Positions 29,646 through 43,565 of a DNA stretch of 64,000 nt are shown here, in pieces. The notes under the pieces are model-generated. The model had not been told where the DNA came from. It did not search any database and saw nothing but the letters and a program-made list of their open reading frames with translations. The translations under genes were made by a program, and so were the position numbers. Numbering within the stretch: the stretch's first letter is position 1; every line of letters starts with the position of its first letter. Origin of the DNA: the human T2T-CHM13v2.0 reference genome, Homo sapiens; NCBI RefSeq assembly GCF_009914755.1, contig NC_060928.1; one strand, given 5' to 3'.

Positions 29646-29940
29646 CAGCAGTCTCAACCTTTTTGGCACCAGGGACCAGTTTCATGGAAGGCAATTTTTC
29701 CACGGACCGGCAGTGGCAGGGGGTGGGAGGGTGCATTAGATTATCATAAGGAGTGTGCAATCTAGATACCTCACATGCACAGTTCACAATAGGGTTCATG
29801 CTGTTATGAGAACCTAACGCTGCAGCTGCTCTGATGGGAAGTGGAGCTCCGGCAGTAATGCTCACTTGCCTGCTGCCCACCTGGTTTGTGACAGTTGAAG
29901 GACTGGTATTGATTCATGGCCTATGGGTTGGGAACTCCTG
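29646..29940. mobile_element. MER1B hAT-Charlie MITE
   Basis: cagcagtctcaacctttttggcaccagggacc...ttgggaactcctg. Perfect 8-bp TSD tcctagag. Confidence 0.92.
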
Positions 29941-30025
29941 TCCTAGAGCATTGTTGCTACGCTTTCTTTTAGTAATTTTATAGTTTTAGGCTTTATGCTT
30001 AAGCCATTAATCAATTTTGAGTTGA

Positions 30026-30271
<246 letters not shown>

Positions 30272-33200
30272 AGTTGATTTTTTTGTATGTGGTGAGAGAT
30301 AGGCATCTAGTTTCATTCTTTTGCATATGGATATCCATTTTTCTCAGCAGCATTTATTGAAAAGGATGTTATTTTGCCAATGCATGTTCTTGGTGCCTCT
30401 GCTGAAAATCAGTTGGCTGTACATCTGTAGATTTATTTCTGGATTCTCTAATGTGTTCCATTGGTTTTGTGTCTGCTTTTAAGCCAGTGCCATGCTGTTT
30501 TTGGTTAGTATAGTTTTGTAGTTTATTTCGAAGTCAGGTAGTGCAATGTCTCCAGCTTTGTTATTTTTGCTTAGGATTGCTTTGACTATTTGGGCTCTTT
30601 TATGGTTTGATACACACTTTAGAATTATTATTATTTTTTAAATTTCTGTGAAGAATGTCATTGGTATTGTGATAGGGATTACATTGAATCTGTTGATTGC
30701 TTTTGGTAGTTTGCACATTTTAACAATATTAATTCATCTGTTCTGTGAGCATGGGATGTCTTTTCATTTGTTGGGTCTTCAATTTCATTCAGTAGTGTTT
30801 CATAGCTTTCCTTGTAGAGGTCTTTCACCTCTTTGGTTACCTTTATTCCTAGGTATTTTTTGTTGTTGTTGTTGTTACTGTAAATGAATTGCTCTTTAAA
30901 TTTCTTTTTCAGCTAGTTCATTATGAGTGTAGGGAAAGACTACTGATTTTTTATGTTGATTCTGTATCCTGCAACTTTTCTGAATTCTTTTATCAGTTCT
31001 AAGAGTTTTTATGTTGGAATTTTTAGGTTTCTCTCTCTATAACATCATGTCATCCACAAATAGGGACACATTGACTTCCTTTTTTTTTTCCAATTTATAT
31101 TTCTTTCTCTTGTCTGATTGCTTTGGCTAGGACTTCTAGTGCAACATTAAATAGGAGTGGTGAAAATAAGTATCTTTGTCTTGTTCCAGTTCTTCAAGGA
31201 AAGGCTTTCAGCTTTTCCCCATTCAGTATGATGTTACCTGTGGGTTTGTCATACACGGCCTTCATTATATCGAGGTATGTTCCTTTAATACCTAATTTGT
31301 CAATAATTTTGTCATGAAAGGATATTGAATTTATCAAATATTTTTTCTGCATCTATTGATACCATCTTATTGGTTTTCTACTTCATTCTTTTGATATGAT
31401 GTATCACGTTTGTTAATTTGCATATGTTGAACCATCCTTGCATCTCTGGGATAAATCCCACTTGATCATGGCCTATTTTCTTTTTGATGTATGTGGGGTT
31501 TGATTTGCTAGTATTTTGCTGAAATTTTAGAACCTATGTTCATCAGAGATATTGGCCTGTAGTTTTCTCTTTTTCTTGTGTCCTTGTCTGATTTTGGTAT
31601 CAGGGTAATGCTGGTCTCATAGAATGATTTAGAAAGAATTCCCTCCTCTTCAATTTTTTGGAATAATTTGATAATTGGTGTTAATTCTTCTTTGTAAGTT
31701 TGGTAGAATTCAGTAGTAAAGCTATCTTGGGCTTTTCTTTTTCGGGAAACATTTTATTCAGTCTTATTACTCATTGTTGGTTTGTTCAGATTTTTGACTT
31801 TTTCATGGTTAAATCTTGGTAGTTTGTATGTCACCCATTTCCTCTAGGTTTTCCAATTTGTTAGTGTATAGTTGTTTATAGTAGTTATAATGATCCTTTG
31901 TATTTCTGTGGTATCAGTTGCAATGCATCTTTTTTTCCATTTCTGATTTTATTTTGGTCTTCTCTCTTTTCTTGGTTAGTCTAGCTAGCAGTTTATTGAT
32001 TTTGTTTATCTTTACAAAAAAACCAACTTTTATTTTGTTGATCCTTTGTATTTTTTTAGTGTCTATTTTGTTTTGTTCTACTGTGACCTTTATTATTGTT
32101 TTCTTTTAAATTTTGAGTTTGACTTGTTCTTTCTTTTCTAGTTCATTGACGTGCACCATTAGTTTGTTTGAAATCTTTCTGCTTTTTTGATGTGGGTGTT
32201 TATTGCTTTAAACTTCCATCTAAGCATGGCTTTTGCCCTTTCCCATAGGTTTTGGTATGCTGTCTTTTAATATTTTTTTCAAGAAATTTAAAATTCTACT
32301 TTTTAATTTCTTCACTGACCCAATAGTCATTTAGGAACAAATTGTTTAATTTCCATGTGTTTATGTGATTTCTAGGTTCTTCTTGTTATTGATTTTTAGT
32401 TTTATTTCACTGTCGTCTGAGAAGATATTTGATATAATTTCAATTTTTTAAATTTGTTGAGACTCATTTTGTGGCCTAACATACGGTCTGTCTTGGAGAA
32501 TGTTCTATGTGTTGATGAGAAGAATGTGTATCCTGCAGCTGTTGTTTAAAACATTCTGTAAATGTCTGTTAGGTCCATTTGGTCTAAATCGCACTTTAAA
32601 TCTAGTGTTTCTTTGTTGATCTTCTGTCTAGATAATCTGTCTAATGCTGACAGTGGGGTATTAAGGTTCCCAAATATTATTGCATTGGAGTGTATCTCTC
32701 CCTTTAGATCTAATAATGTTTGCTATATATATCTGGGTGCTCAAGTGTTGGGTGCATATATATTGAGAATTGTTATATTGTATTGCTTAATTGAACCCTT
32801 TATCATTATAATATGACCTTCCTTGTCTTTTTTTTTTTAACTGCTTTTGACTTAATTCAATTTTACCTGATATAAGTATAGCTACTTCTGCTAGCTTTTG
32901 GTTTCTACTTGTGTGATATCTTTTTCCATTCCTTTATTATCAGTCTGTATCTGTCTTTACAGGTGAAGTAAGTTTCTTGTAGTCAGCACATACTTGGATA
33001 ATTTTTTAAATTCATTTAGTTTACATCTCTTAAATGGGATTGTAATTCATTTACATTCAAGCTTATTATTGGTAGGTGATGACTTATTTCTGTCATTTTG
33101 TGAATTGTTTTCTGGTTGTTTTGATTATCATTTGTTCCTTTCTTTCTCTGTTATAATCTACCACCACAGTTTGGTGACTTTCTTGTTGTTTTGAATACGC

Positions 33201-33799
33201 TTTGTTCCTTTACTTCTCTCTTATTAGGTTTCATTGCAGTTTGGTGGTTTTCTGTAGTACTAACATTTGGCTTCTTTCTCTTTCTAAATTGTGTGTCCGA
33301 CCTACTAGCGTGTTTTATATTTTCCTTTGTTTTTGTGATGATAGGTTTTATCATTTTTCTTCCAGACGTAGATAGACCTCCCTTAATGAGGAAGACTTAA
33401 TGCAAACACCAGGAGTTAATTGGATCACCTCTCCACTGCTAGGATTGGGAAGGGACAGATGCTTCCTCTGTGGGTAGTTGCTGACCAGCGGTTGCCTCTT
33501 GACAGGGGAAAAGTTAAAAAGAGCACCCCAGGCTTTGTGGGGAAGCTGGCTAGGACAAACCTGGAAGACATGTGGACCATGTTTCTTGCAGCGTTATAGC
33601 GTTGGTTAGTATCTCTGGTATGGTGCCTTTGTTGGCCAGAATGCAAAGCAACTACTTAGGTCTGCATTCTCGTCTTTTGAACCCCATCTCTGTTTTTGGT
33701 TTCTAACTGACCCCATGTAATCTGGACCTGCTGGTCTTGGGCATGTTCTGAAGAATGACAAGAGGAAGCACTTGGGTATATTATTAGAAGTGACAAAGA

Positions 33800-34060
33800 G
33801 GTAGGTGCTGCTCCATGGAGAGCCTTTAACAGCATGTGGAGTGTGGCCATCATTCTGCAGACATGGGGAAGCCATTGCAGAATTACAAAGGAAGTTCTTT
33901 GATCAGAGAATAATTTAGAAAGATCACATTGTCAGTGGTATGAAGGATAGAGGTAGGGGGAGATCAGTGGCAGGGGAGTAGGTAGAAGTCAATTGAAATA
34001 ATCCAGGTGAGAAGTAATGAGGGTCCAAACAAAGCCACTGCATTGAGACTGGAGAAATGG
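33800..34060 (-). mobile_element. L2 fragment
   Basis: atggggaagccattg, gaaagatcac and taatccaggtgagaagtaatgaggg L2 motifs. Confidence 0.6.
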
Positions 34061-34266
34061 CAGGGACAGGTTTTCATAACTATTTCCTTCACACTCTTGC
34101 CTATGTGTGTCTCCTTCTGGATGAGTCAAGTTAGATATCTTTCACATTTATGCTGTCAAGGTCACTGCTGGCTAGCACATGAGAATACGTGGAGATGATT
34201 TATTTTTAACTTGCTTTGGCACAGAGATTGATGAACAGAACCTGGCACATTCTACATCATCTGGTG

Positions 34267-34341
34267 AAATGTAGCAAAGAATTATGAACTGCCTCCCACT
34301 ATTAATAAGTGGGAGGCAGTTCATAATTCTTTGCCACATTT
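34267..34341. repeat. Near-perfect inverted repeat, 34-bp arms with a 7-nt spacer
   Basis: 34267-34300 is the reverse complement of 34308-34341 except for one position (34273/34335). Confidence 0.97.
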
Positions 34342-34639
34342 AATTTTTTCATTAATATTTTGCTATATTGTCATAAAATATATATATATATTTATGGATA
34401 CATATATATTTAACAGAGTTGAGAATATACTGCAAAAACTATTTTGCATTCTATTTTTCCCCTTAAACCTTCTATTATATTTTTCATTCCACAAAGAATA
34501 TTTAGTAATGTAATTTTTAATGATTTCAGTTTTTTTGTATTACTGTATACTGCTTTAACTAATCCCTTATTGCTGAATATTCAAGTCATTTCTTGTTTTT
34601 AGCTATTATAAATAATATTATAATGCACAGTTTTACAAA

Positions 34640-35095
34640 ATTGTTATAGCAGTTTTATTAATAATAGTTCAAACTGGAAAACAGCCTAAATATCCTTCCA
34701 CAGATGAATAAACACATTGCTGTAGATTCTGTATCGCTGAATCCTACTCAGCAATATAAAGGAACAAAATACTGATAAACAAAACAACATAGGTGAATCT
34801 CAAAAACATGAAGTTCATGGAAAGATACTAGACAGAAAAAAGGACATGCTATATGATTCCGTTTATGCATAGTTCTAGAGTGGGCTAAAAAGCTATGGTA
34901 GTAGAGATTAGGACAATGGTTGCTTCTTTAGGGTGTGACTGGAGTGGGAGAGGTGGAGTTTTCTGGAATGGTACAATGATCTATGCCCTTACTGGAATGG
35001 TGGCGACATAGGTGTATACATTTACCAAAGTTCATTGAACCATACATTTAAAATCCATGTACTTTATTATATGTTAATTTTACCTTAATTTTAAA
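34640..35095 (+). mobile_element. Old L1ME/L1MC 3' end
   Basis: aactggaaaacagcctaaatatcc, tactcagcaatataaaggaac and gaatctcaaaaacat motifs. Confidence 0.7.
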
Positions 35096-35699
35096 AATTC
35101 ATAATAAACACTTCTCCTTTCTCTGGGCTGATGAAGTTGATACAAATTTGGAGTAGTAAAAAATGGTTATGTGGAGTGTATCACACATCTTTTAAGTTGA
35201 CAAGAATGGATTTTAAGTCATAGACTCTAATAATGTATAATATTATGGAGAACAAGACACAAGAAAAATATTACAGCAGCCACAAGACTATATCTAACAC
35301 AATCTCCTGAGTTTACAGCCCTCCCACAAGATACCTAATATACAAGATTGCTGTGCAATGCTATAAAAGGTCTTACACAGTCTATTCTGAAAAACTGGTA
35401 CTTCAATAAATAAGATGAGTGGAGGAGCCAGGATATAAGAAAACATATAAAAACTTTTAGAAGGTCAACAAAGCCTGGGGAGATAAAACTCAATAGTTCA
35501 GGAGCAGAAGTGGAATGGAGTTTTCTTTGTTTTAGACAGAAAATTACAAGGTGATGTTTGAGATTATAGCTGGAGTTGGAGTAGTCCCTTGCAGGAGTGA
35601 AATTTAACAAGCATCTAGGAATCTGAACCCATCCACATAAAGGAAATGGAAGGATAACTTTTCGTTGGCTTTTCACTGTGATAAGAAATGTTCCACCAG

Positions 35700-35850
35700 C
35701 AATGGAAATTCTGAGGGGATGAAAAATGTTCTGTCTTGTTTTGGGTGGTAGTTACATGACAGTGTACAATTGTCAAAACTCATCCAACTGAACACCTAAG
35801 ATCAGTGCATATTATTGATATCAGTACCTCAATAAAAATAATATTAATAG
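35700..35850 (+). mobile_element. Old L1MD/ME 3' tip
   Basis: gaaaaatgttctgtc...gtcaaaactcatccaactgaacac...cctcaataaaa. Confidence 0.7.
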
Positions 35851-37139
35851 TAAAAAAACAAAGAAGAAGAGGAAGATTATTCTTCTCTTTGCCACTATTT
35901 CAATGACAAATTAACATCCACTAGGTAGTAGAGCAGATCAGATCTGGAGTTGTCAGGACCAGACCTACTGCTTGGAGGAATGGCCAAATTCATTTAGTGC
36001 AGCTGGGTGGGGGGTGTCCAGGTCATCTCTGAGTAGCAGATAGACTAGCTAGAGTAGAGGTATCATCTATGCCTTTGGCATAAAACCAAGAAAATCACTG
36101 TAAATTTGCAACCCAGTGTGGTGATAACAAATAGGTCTCATCTTCTCTCATTCATGAATCACACAGGAAGCCTTGCGTATATGAGGATAAAGACCTCAAC
36201 CCATGCTCAAATGGAAGAGTCAGCATTGATTAGTGGTGCCTGTTAGGGGTGGCAGGTGGATTGGAGACTTGTATGCCAAGTATTTACTAAGCACTCCTGG
36301 CCCAATTTTTTGAAGGAAGGAGGAGGATGGGGGCTGGATGCTCAAGACCACAAGGAAATTTATTTAGTGACTATGGTGGTGCTGGTCATATTTACATATA
36401 CTGGATTTGGAGATCATATTCCATTTCTTCCAGAGCTTCCAGGAGTGAAGCCAGCTTAAAGGAACCAAACAGCTTGACTGAAGCATCAGTCTGAAGGGGC
36501 TTGGCAGAGGTGGAAGCCAGGCCTGTGAAAAGATGACTGAAGCCAGAGAAAATGGGGGCAGAGGAAGTGAGTTTTGGCTAGTATAGGAGGTGGCCCTGGA
36601 TTCCCTGACTGGATGGGGTTTAGCTCCAGAGGCTTTGTGGGTGGGGTGCTGCTGTCAGGGTGCACAACTGGATTGGACCACGAATCCAAGGCCATGGATT
36701 GCTGAATTCCAGATCCTTTAACTAGTCTTCCTTCCTTGAGAACAGGTCTGGTGCCAGATACTGGAGTATCTGACCACTGGGTCAGATGTGAGAGAAAGTC
36801 AGAGAAGGCAGAGATGAAAGGATCCACTGACAGCCTGAGAAAATGCCCCTTTGTGGTGCCCATTTCCTCCACTGTTGTCTCTCTCATTCCTGCAACTGCT
36901 CACCCTTTTAAGGCCCAGGTCCTTTCTTATTTTTAAATGAGCAGTATCATACATACTGTAAAGTGAGTAAAGTGCTGTAATCTTTGATGAGCACTTTTAT
37001 CCACGATGAATTTGACACATGTATACAGCATGCAAACCACCTCCTAAATCAAATTCTACATTTCTAACCACACCACTGTCCACCAGAAGTTTCCCCTGTG
37101 ATCCTTCTCAGTCTCTAACCTCCACTTCTGGGGAAATAC

Positions 37140-37270
37140 TAGGGGGAACAGATATCACAGTTTGCCTGAGACACGAGTTGCCTAGGATTGAGGGGTTTCC
37201 TGGAATGTGGGACTTTCAGTGCTAAAACTGGGGAAGTTCTGGGCAAAACAGAACATTGGGACATCCCAGT
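37140..37270. mobile_element. MER94-like hAT-Blackjack MITE inside an old L1M remnant (~36930-37500)
   Basis: gggactttcagtgctaaaactgggg motif. Confidence 0.6.
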
Positions 37271-37626
37271 CCTCACAATTCTGACCTTAATCATCATTGG
37301 TTAATCTTGCCTGGTTTTGAACTTCATTTAACGGAGTCAGACTTTATGTACTCTTTTGCATCTGGCTTCTGTTATGTAACACTGTATTTCTGTGTGTTCA
37401 GCCCTACTGTTATATATAGCAGCAGTATTCTTTTCAATTGCTGAATAATATTCCACTGTATGAATATACTTTAATTTGTCTGTTGCCCTGTTGAAAGGCA
37501 TTTTGGTTCCGCTACCTTCTGATATGAATAATAATCACACTGACCAGCCTGCTAAGTATACCTGCCTTTATTGTAAGTCTTCTCAAATTTTTAGGATCTA
37601 GGTGGAGGGATAAATTACAAGCATGT

Positions 37627-37985
37627 TGTCTTAGCCCATTTAAGCTGCCATAACATAAACTGGGTAGATTATAAACAACGAAAATTTATTACTTACAGTA
37701 CTGGAAGCTAAGAAGTCCAAGATCAGGGTGCCAGTATGTTTGGATTCTGGTGAAAACCCTCTTCTGGATTGCAGACTGCCAACTTCTTGCTGTGTCCTCA
37801 CATGGTAAAAGGGATGAATGTTCTTCCTTGGGCTTGTTTTATGAGGGCACTAATCTCATTATTGATGGTTCTGCTTTCATGACCTAATCACCTCCCTAAA
37901 GGCCACAACTCCTAATACTATCAGGTTGGCAATTAGGATTTCAATACATGAATTTTGAGGGGAGACAAACATTCAGACTATAGCA
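37627..37985 (-). mobile_element. MLT1A0-like solo LTR
   Basis: tgtcttagcccattt...cattcagactatagca. Confidence 0.85.
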
Positions 37986-38087
37986 CGTGTCTGTAATCAA
38001 ATAGGTGTTGGTGATTACTCCATTTCTGTAAAACAATTTCAGGGACTATGCCAGGGACTAGAAAAAGAACTTAATTGTTTGATTTTC

Positions 38088-41015
38088 TTCTTTTTAACTT
38101 TTGTTTTAGGTTCAGGGGTACATGTACAGGTTTGTTAGATATGTAAACTTATGTTGTAAGGGTTTGTTGTACAGATTATTTCATCATCCAGGTACTAAGC
38201 CAATAGTTATTTTTTCTGATCCTCTCCCTCCTCCTACTCTCCACCCTCAGATAGGTCCCAGTGTCAGTTGTTCCCCTCTTTGTTCCCATGAGTACTCATC
38301 ATTTAGCTCTCACTTACAAGTGAGAACATGCGATATTTGGTTTTCTGTTTCTGTGCTGGTTTGCTGAGGATAACGGCCTCAAGCTCCATTCATGTTCCTG
38401 CAAAGGACAGGATATCATTCTTTTCCTTATAGCTGCATAGTATTCCATAGTGTATATTACCACATTTTCTTTATCCAATCTGTCTTTGATGGGCATTTAG
38501 GTTGATTCCATGTCTTTGCTATTGTGAATAGTGCTGCAATGAACTTTCGCGTGCATGTATCTTCATGGTAGAATGACTTATCTTCCTTTGGGTTATATAG
38601 CCAGTAATGAGATTGCTGAGTTGAATGGTAGTCCTGTTTTCAGCTCTTTGAGGAATTGCCACACTGCTTTCCACAATGGTTGAATTAATTTACACTCCCA
38701 TCCACAGTGTATAAGTGTTCCTTTTTTTCTGCAACCTCGCCAGTATGTTATTTTTTGACTTTTGTATAATAGCCATTCTGACTAGTGTCAGATGGTATAT
38801 CATTGTGGTTTTTATTTGCCTTTCTAATATCAGTGATGTTGAGCTTTTCTTCATATGCTTGCTGGCCACATGTATGTCTTCTTTTGAAAAGTGTCTGTTG
38901 ATGTTTTTTGTCCACTTTTTAATGGGGTTATTTTCTGCTTGTAAATTTGCTTAAGTTCTTTATAGATGCTGGATATTAGACCTTTGTCAGATGCCTAGTT
39001 TACAAAATTTTTCTCCTGTTCTATAGGTTGTCTATTTACTCTACTGATAGTTTCTTTTACTGCACAGAAGTTCTCATTTAATTAAATCCCATTTATCATT
39101 TTTTGCTTTTGTCATGATTGCTTTTGTCATATTCATCATGATATATTTTTCTATTTCTGTATCTGGAACGGCATTGCCTAGGTTGTCCTGCAGGGTTTTT
39201 ATAGTTTTGGGTTTTACATTTAAATCTTTATTCATCTTGAGTTAATTTTTGCTTATGGTATAAGAAAAAGGTCCAGTTTCAATTTTCTGCATATGGCTAG
39301 CCTGTTGTCTCAGCACTGCTTATGGAACAGGGAGTCCTTTCCCCATTGCTTATTTTGTCAGCTTTGTTGAAGATAGATGGCTGTAGGTGTGTGGCCTTAT
39401 TTCTGGGCTGTCTATTCTGTTCCATTGGTCTATGTGTCTGTTTTTGTACTAGTATCATGCTGTTTTGGTTACTATATCCCTGTACTATAGTTTGAACTTG
39501 GGTGACATGATGTCTCCAGCTTTGTTCTTTTTGCTTAAGATTGCCTTGGCTATTTGGCCTCTGCTTTGGTTCCACTTGAATATCAGAATAGTTTTTTTTC
39601 TTCTAGTTCTGTGAAGTATGTCACTGGTAGTTTGATAGAAATAGCATTAAATCTGTAAATTGTTTTGGGCAGTGTGGCCATTTTAAGGATATTGATTTTT
39701 CCTATTCATGAGCATGGAATGTTTTTCCATTTATTTGTGTCATCTCTGATTTCTTTGAGCAGTGTTTTATAGTTCTCATTATAGAGATCTTTCACCTCCC
39801 TGGTTAGCTGTATTGCTAGGTATTTTATTCTATTTGTGGCAATTGTAAATGGGATTGCATTCCTGATTTGGCTCTCGGCTTGGCTGTTGTTGATGTATAG
39901 GAATGCTAGTGACCTTTGTACGTTGATTTTGTATCTTGAAACTTTGCTGAAGTTGTTTATTGGCTGAAGGAGCTTTTGGGTCGAGACTATGGAGCTTTCT
40001 AGACATAGAGTCATGTTGTTGGCAAACAGGGATAGTTTGACTTGTCTCTTCCTATTTGGATGCACTTTATTTCTTTCTCTCGCCTGATTGCCTTGCCGTG
40101 ACTCCCAATACTATGTTGAATAGGAGTGATAAGAGAGTGCATCCTTGTCATGTGCTGGTTTTCAAGGGGAATGCTTCCAGCTTTTGCCCATTTAGCATGG
40201 CGTTGGCTGTGGGTTTGTCATAGCTGGTGCTTATTATTTTAAAGTATGTTCCTTCAATACCTAGTTTATTGAGGGTTTTCACTATGAAGAGATGTTAAAT
40301 TTTATTAAGGGCTTTTCTGCATCTATTGAGATTATCATGTGGTTTTTGTCTTTAGTTCTGTTTATGTGATGAATCACATTTATTGGTTTGCATATGTTGA
40401 AGCAACCTTCCCTCCCAGGAATGATGCCTACTTGATCACGGTGAATTAGCTTTTTGATGTGCTGCTGAATTCAGTTTGAAAGTATTTTGTTGAGGATTCT
40501 TTCATCAGTGTTCATCAAGGATATTGGCCTGAAGTTTTATTTTGTTTGTGTCTCTGCCAGGTTTTGAATCAGGATGATGATGGTCTCATATAATGAGTTA
40601 GGGAGGAGTCCTTCCTCCTCAGTTTTTTGGAATAGTTTCAGCAGGAATGGTACCAGCTCTTCTTTGTACATATGGTAGAATTTGGCTAGGATTCTATCTG
40701 GCCCTGGGCTTTTTTTTGGTTGGTAGGTTATTTAGTACTGATTCAATTTTGGAGCTCATTATTGGTCTGTTCAGGGAATCATTTTCTTCCTGGTTCAGTC
40801 TTGGGAGGGCGTATGTGTCCAGGAATTCATCTATCTATTCTAGGTTTTCCAGTTTGTATACGTGTTTGTGTATATAATGGTGTCTGATGGTTATTTTTAT
40901 TTCCGGGGTGTCAGTGGTAACATCACCTTTGCCAGTTCTAACTGTGTTTATTTGGATATTCTCTCTTTTCTTCTTTATTAGTCTCGCTAGTGCCTTATCT
41001 ATGTTTATTTTATTT
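38088..41015 (-). mobile_element. 5'-truncated L1PA13-16/L1PREC2-like LINE (~2.9 kb)
   Basis: 3'UTR plus decayed ORF2 ([10 protein letters not shown], i.e. the catalytic DD is lost). Confidence 0.9.
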
Positions 41016-42681
41016 TCATGATGACCCTATGTAGTACCACCATCACCCCCTATTTAACACATGAGAAAATTGAGGCACATAGAAGTTAAATAATTGGTAC
41101 ATGACAGAATCAGAATTTTAACCCAGAGTCATAATTTTAATCTGGCCCCAGAACCTGCTTTCTCAACACTTCACTCAGTGCCTATCACAGAAATAAGCAA
41201 AATCTTACAAGCAGGGAATTCAGCCTTAAACCTCCCTGAATCTATTATTGAAATTTGCATGGCCCCTGTAAATTTGGGAAATTAATGCATTACTGCCTAC
41301 TCCAAAGTTATATATAACTGTAAACTCTAAAGCAGTCTGTACAAATAAGAAATTGAAAAATTTTTTTCAGATACTACAATGGTCCAGTCATTTCATGGCT
41401 TCTAACTAAAGATCTGCCATACTGTGCTCCCTAATTTTGATGGGCTTCTTATTTTCCATGAGGTTCTCTAGGCTTGAAATATCATAATTATCCTAGAATT
41501 AAGATATTTACTGAATGTATTCTATGTTTCAAACAGTTGAATGCTGTAAGGGACATAAGAGAGACAGAATATGGAGATCCTAATTTTATCAGTAGAGTGA
41601 AAATTACGGTTTCCCACATCGTGCCTCTGGGAATATTGAGGCCTTGGTAGTCATCAGTTTAGACAAGAGGAAAGTTTTGTCCACAAGTCACTATGTAGTG
41701 CCTAGGGGTGTGGAAAGAAGAGACCTCTGAGTGTTTGGTAAACTAGAGTTAATCAGTACCATCTTTAACTGAATTGTTTTCCACATAAACCAAGGGCTAA
41801 AGGTGAATTGGGCAGATAACACAAATAATTGCTTTATTTCAAAGGTGAGTCATTTCTGGCCTGGGGCACTTGATCCAGATTTCAGTTTGATTTCATCACA
41901 TTCTTACAGTCACTTCTGCTTTAGCCTAGAGATTAATTTCTATCCTGGTGGACTAGTATGAAAAAACTATTCCACAAGATGTCTGAAGGTTTAATAATTA
42001 AAGCAGATGAAGATCTGTAACTAATCGAAGGTTCAAAGTACCAGGAGTTTTAAACACAGAGCCCTGATGAACAGCATGCAGTCTCTTACAATCAGCGTTC
42101 ACCTCAAAAACTTCTGAGTTCACACCTCTTTTCTTAGCATTCCCTTTCTTTTCTCTGTTGGAATCCTTCCCATCCCCTCTCCCTTCAATTTTTTTCCCAC
42201 ATTTCTTCCTCTCACTTGCATTCTCTAATTGGTCACAGTGAATAATGGAAGCACCAAACCCTAGATATTAAGAGCAAACCCTGGGTTTTGCAGATGAGGA
42301 AACTGAGGCACAGGATGGAAAAGGGGTTTGAAGCAGTCAGAATGGAAACTTGGCTCTTTGGATTCACCAACCGAATATTTTTATATAGCATTTACCAAAA
42401 GTATTTAAAAATATTATTTTTTTGTCATATTATAAAATATTTCATGGCCATTGTAAAAGATGTTCAAAAATACAGAGACTGTAAAGAAAAAATAAAAATC
42501 ACTTACTATGTCTTCACCCAGAGATAACCACTATTAACAATTTGGGTATATTTCCTTTCAGTCTCTTTTCCATTCAAATGAGCAGACATTACATTTATTT
42601 TAAAGAAATAGGATTCTACTGTAAGGGCACATTTGATCCTGTTTTTTTATGCTTACTTTTTGCTTTTTAGCATTGTCTCAT

Positions 42682-43112
42682 TGATACAGGAGTTAAAAAG
42701 AAATCATTGGGCAGATGTGAGGGTATGGAAGTTCTCGGTAAGGCTTTTCTTTTTAAGGAAAAGCAGCCCCAAATTATTTTCTAACAAAGAGCAGCCTGTA
42801 AAATCGAGCTGCAGACATAAACAAGCAAGCTGGGAGCTTGCACAGGTGAATGCCAGCAGGAACTAGGGACTGGACATGTTTAAGACGGCAGCTCCATCTT
42901 TCTTTGCCAGCCACATGAACAGTAAGGAGCAGACAAGATGGGCCGGCCAAGGATAATTCATTTGCATAATAAGATTAGGATGGGGCCACCAGCCTTCCCC
43001 ACACACTGTATAAATGTCATACGTGATCCAACCAATCTGTAAGCCCTACGTAAATCAGACACTGCCTCCTCAAACCCGACTATAAAATCCAGCACGTCCG
43101 GCCAGTCAGTCT

Positions 43113-43152
<40 letters not shown>

Positions 43153-43565
43153 AGACGGAGTTCTTTTGAGCCTCCCGAGCAGCTGGGACTGCTGGCGCCC
43201 ACCACCACATCCGGCTAATTTTTTGTATTTTTAGTAGAGACATGGTTTCACTGTGCTAGCCAGGATGGTCTTGATCTCCTGACCTCGTGATCCGCCCACC
43301 TCGGCCTTCCAAAGTGCTGGAATTACAGGCATGAGCCACCACGCCTGGCCCTGGCCAGTCAGTCTTTTCCACTCGGAGACCCCTCTCTCTATAGAGATAG
43401 CTGTTTTTTTGTTGTTGTTGTCTTTTTTTTTTTTTTTCTTTTTCTCTTATCTTGTGCCTATTAAACCTCCACTCCTAAACTGCTCGTGTATGTCCGTGTC
43501 CAAAATTTTCCTGGCACATGACAATGTACCCCAGGGTATATACCCCAGACAACATAGCTGCTTCA
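42682..43565 (+). mobile_element. MER50-family solo ERV1 LTR
   Basis: tgatacaggag...gctgcttca with 4-bp TSD tcat. CCAAT near 43032, TATAAAA at 43081, ATTAAA near 43460. Confidence 0.85.
43113..43350 (-). mobile_element. AluY with an internal right-arm deletion, nested in MER50
   Basis: 38-T tail. TSD c(c/t)ggccagtcagtct at 43098-43112 and 43351-43365. Confidence 0.92.

Noticed and set aside
36486-36887. 133-aa minus-strand ORF in unique DNA
   Set aside because: No recognisable domain or splice context. Length is within chance expectation.
42872-42881. p53 half-site GGACATGTTT in MER50
   Set aside because: No adjacent good second half-site.
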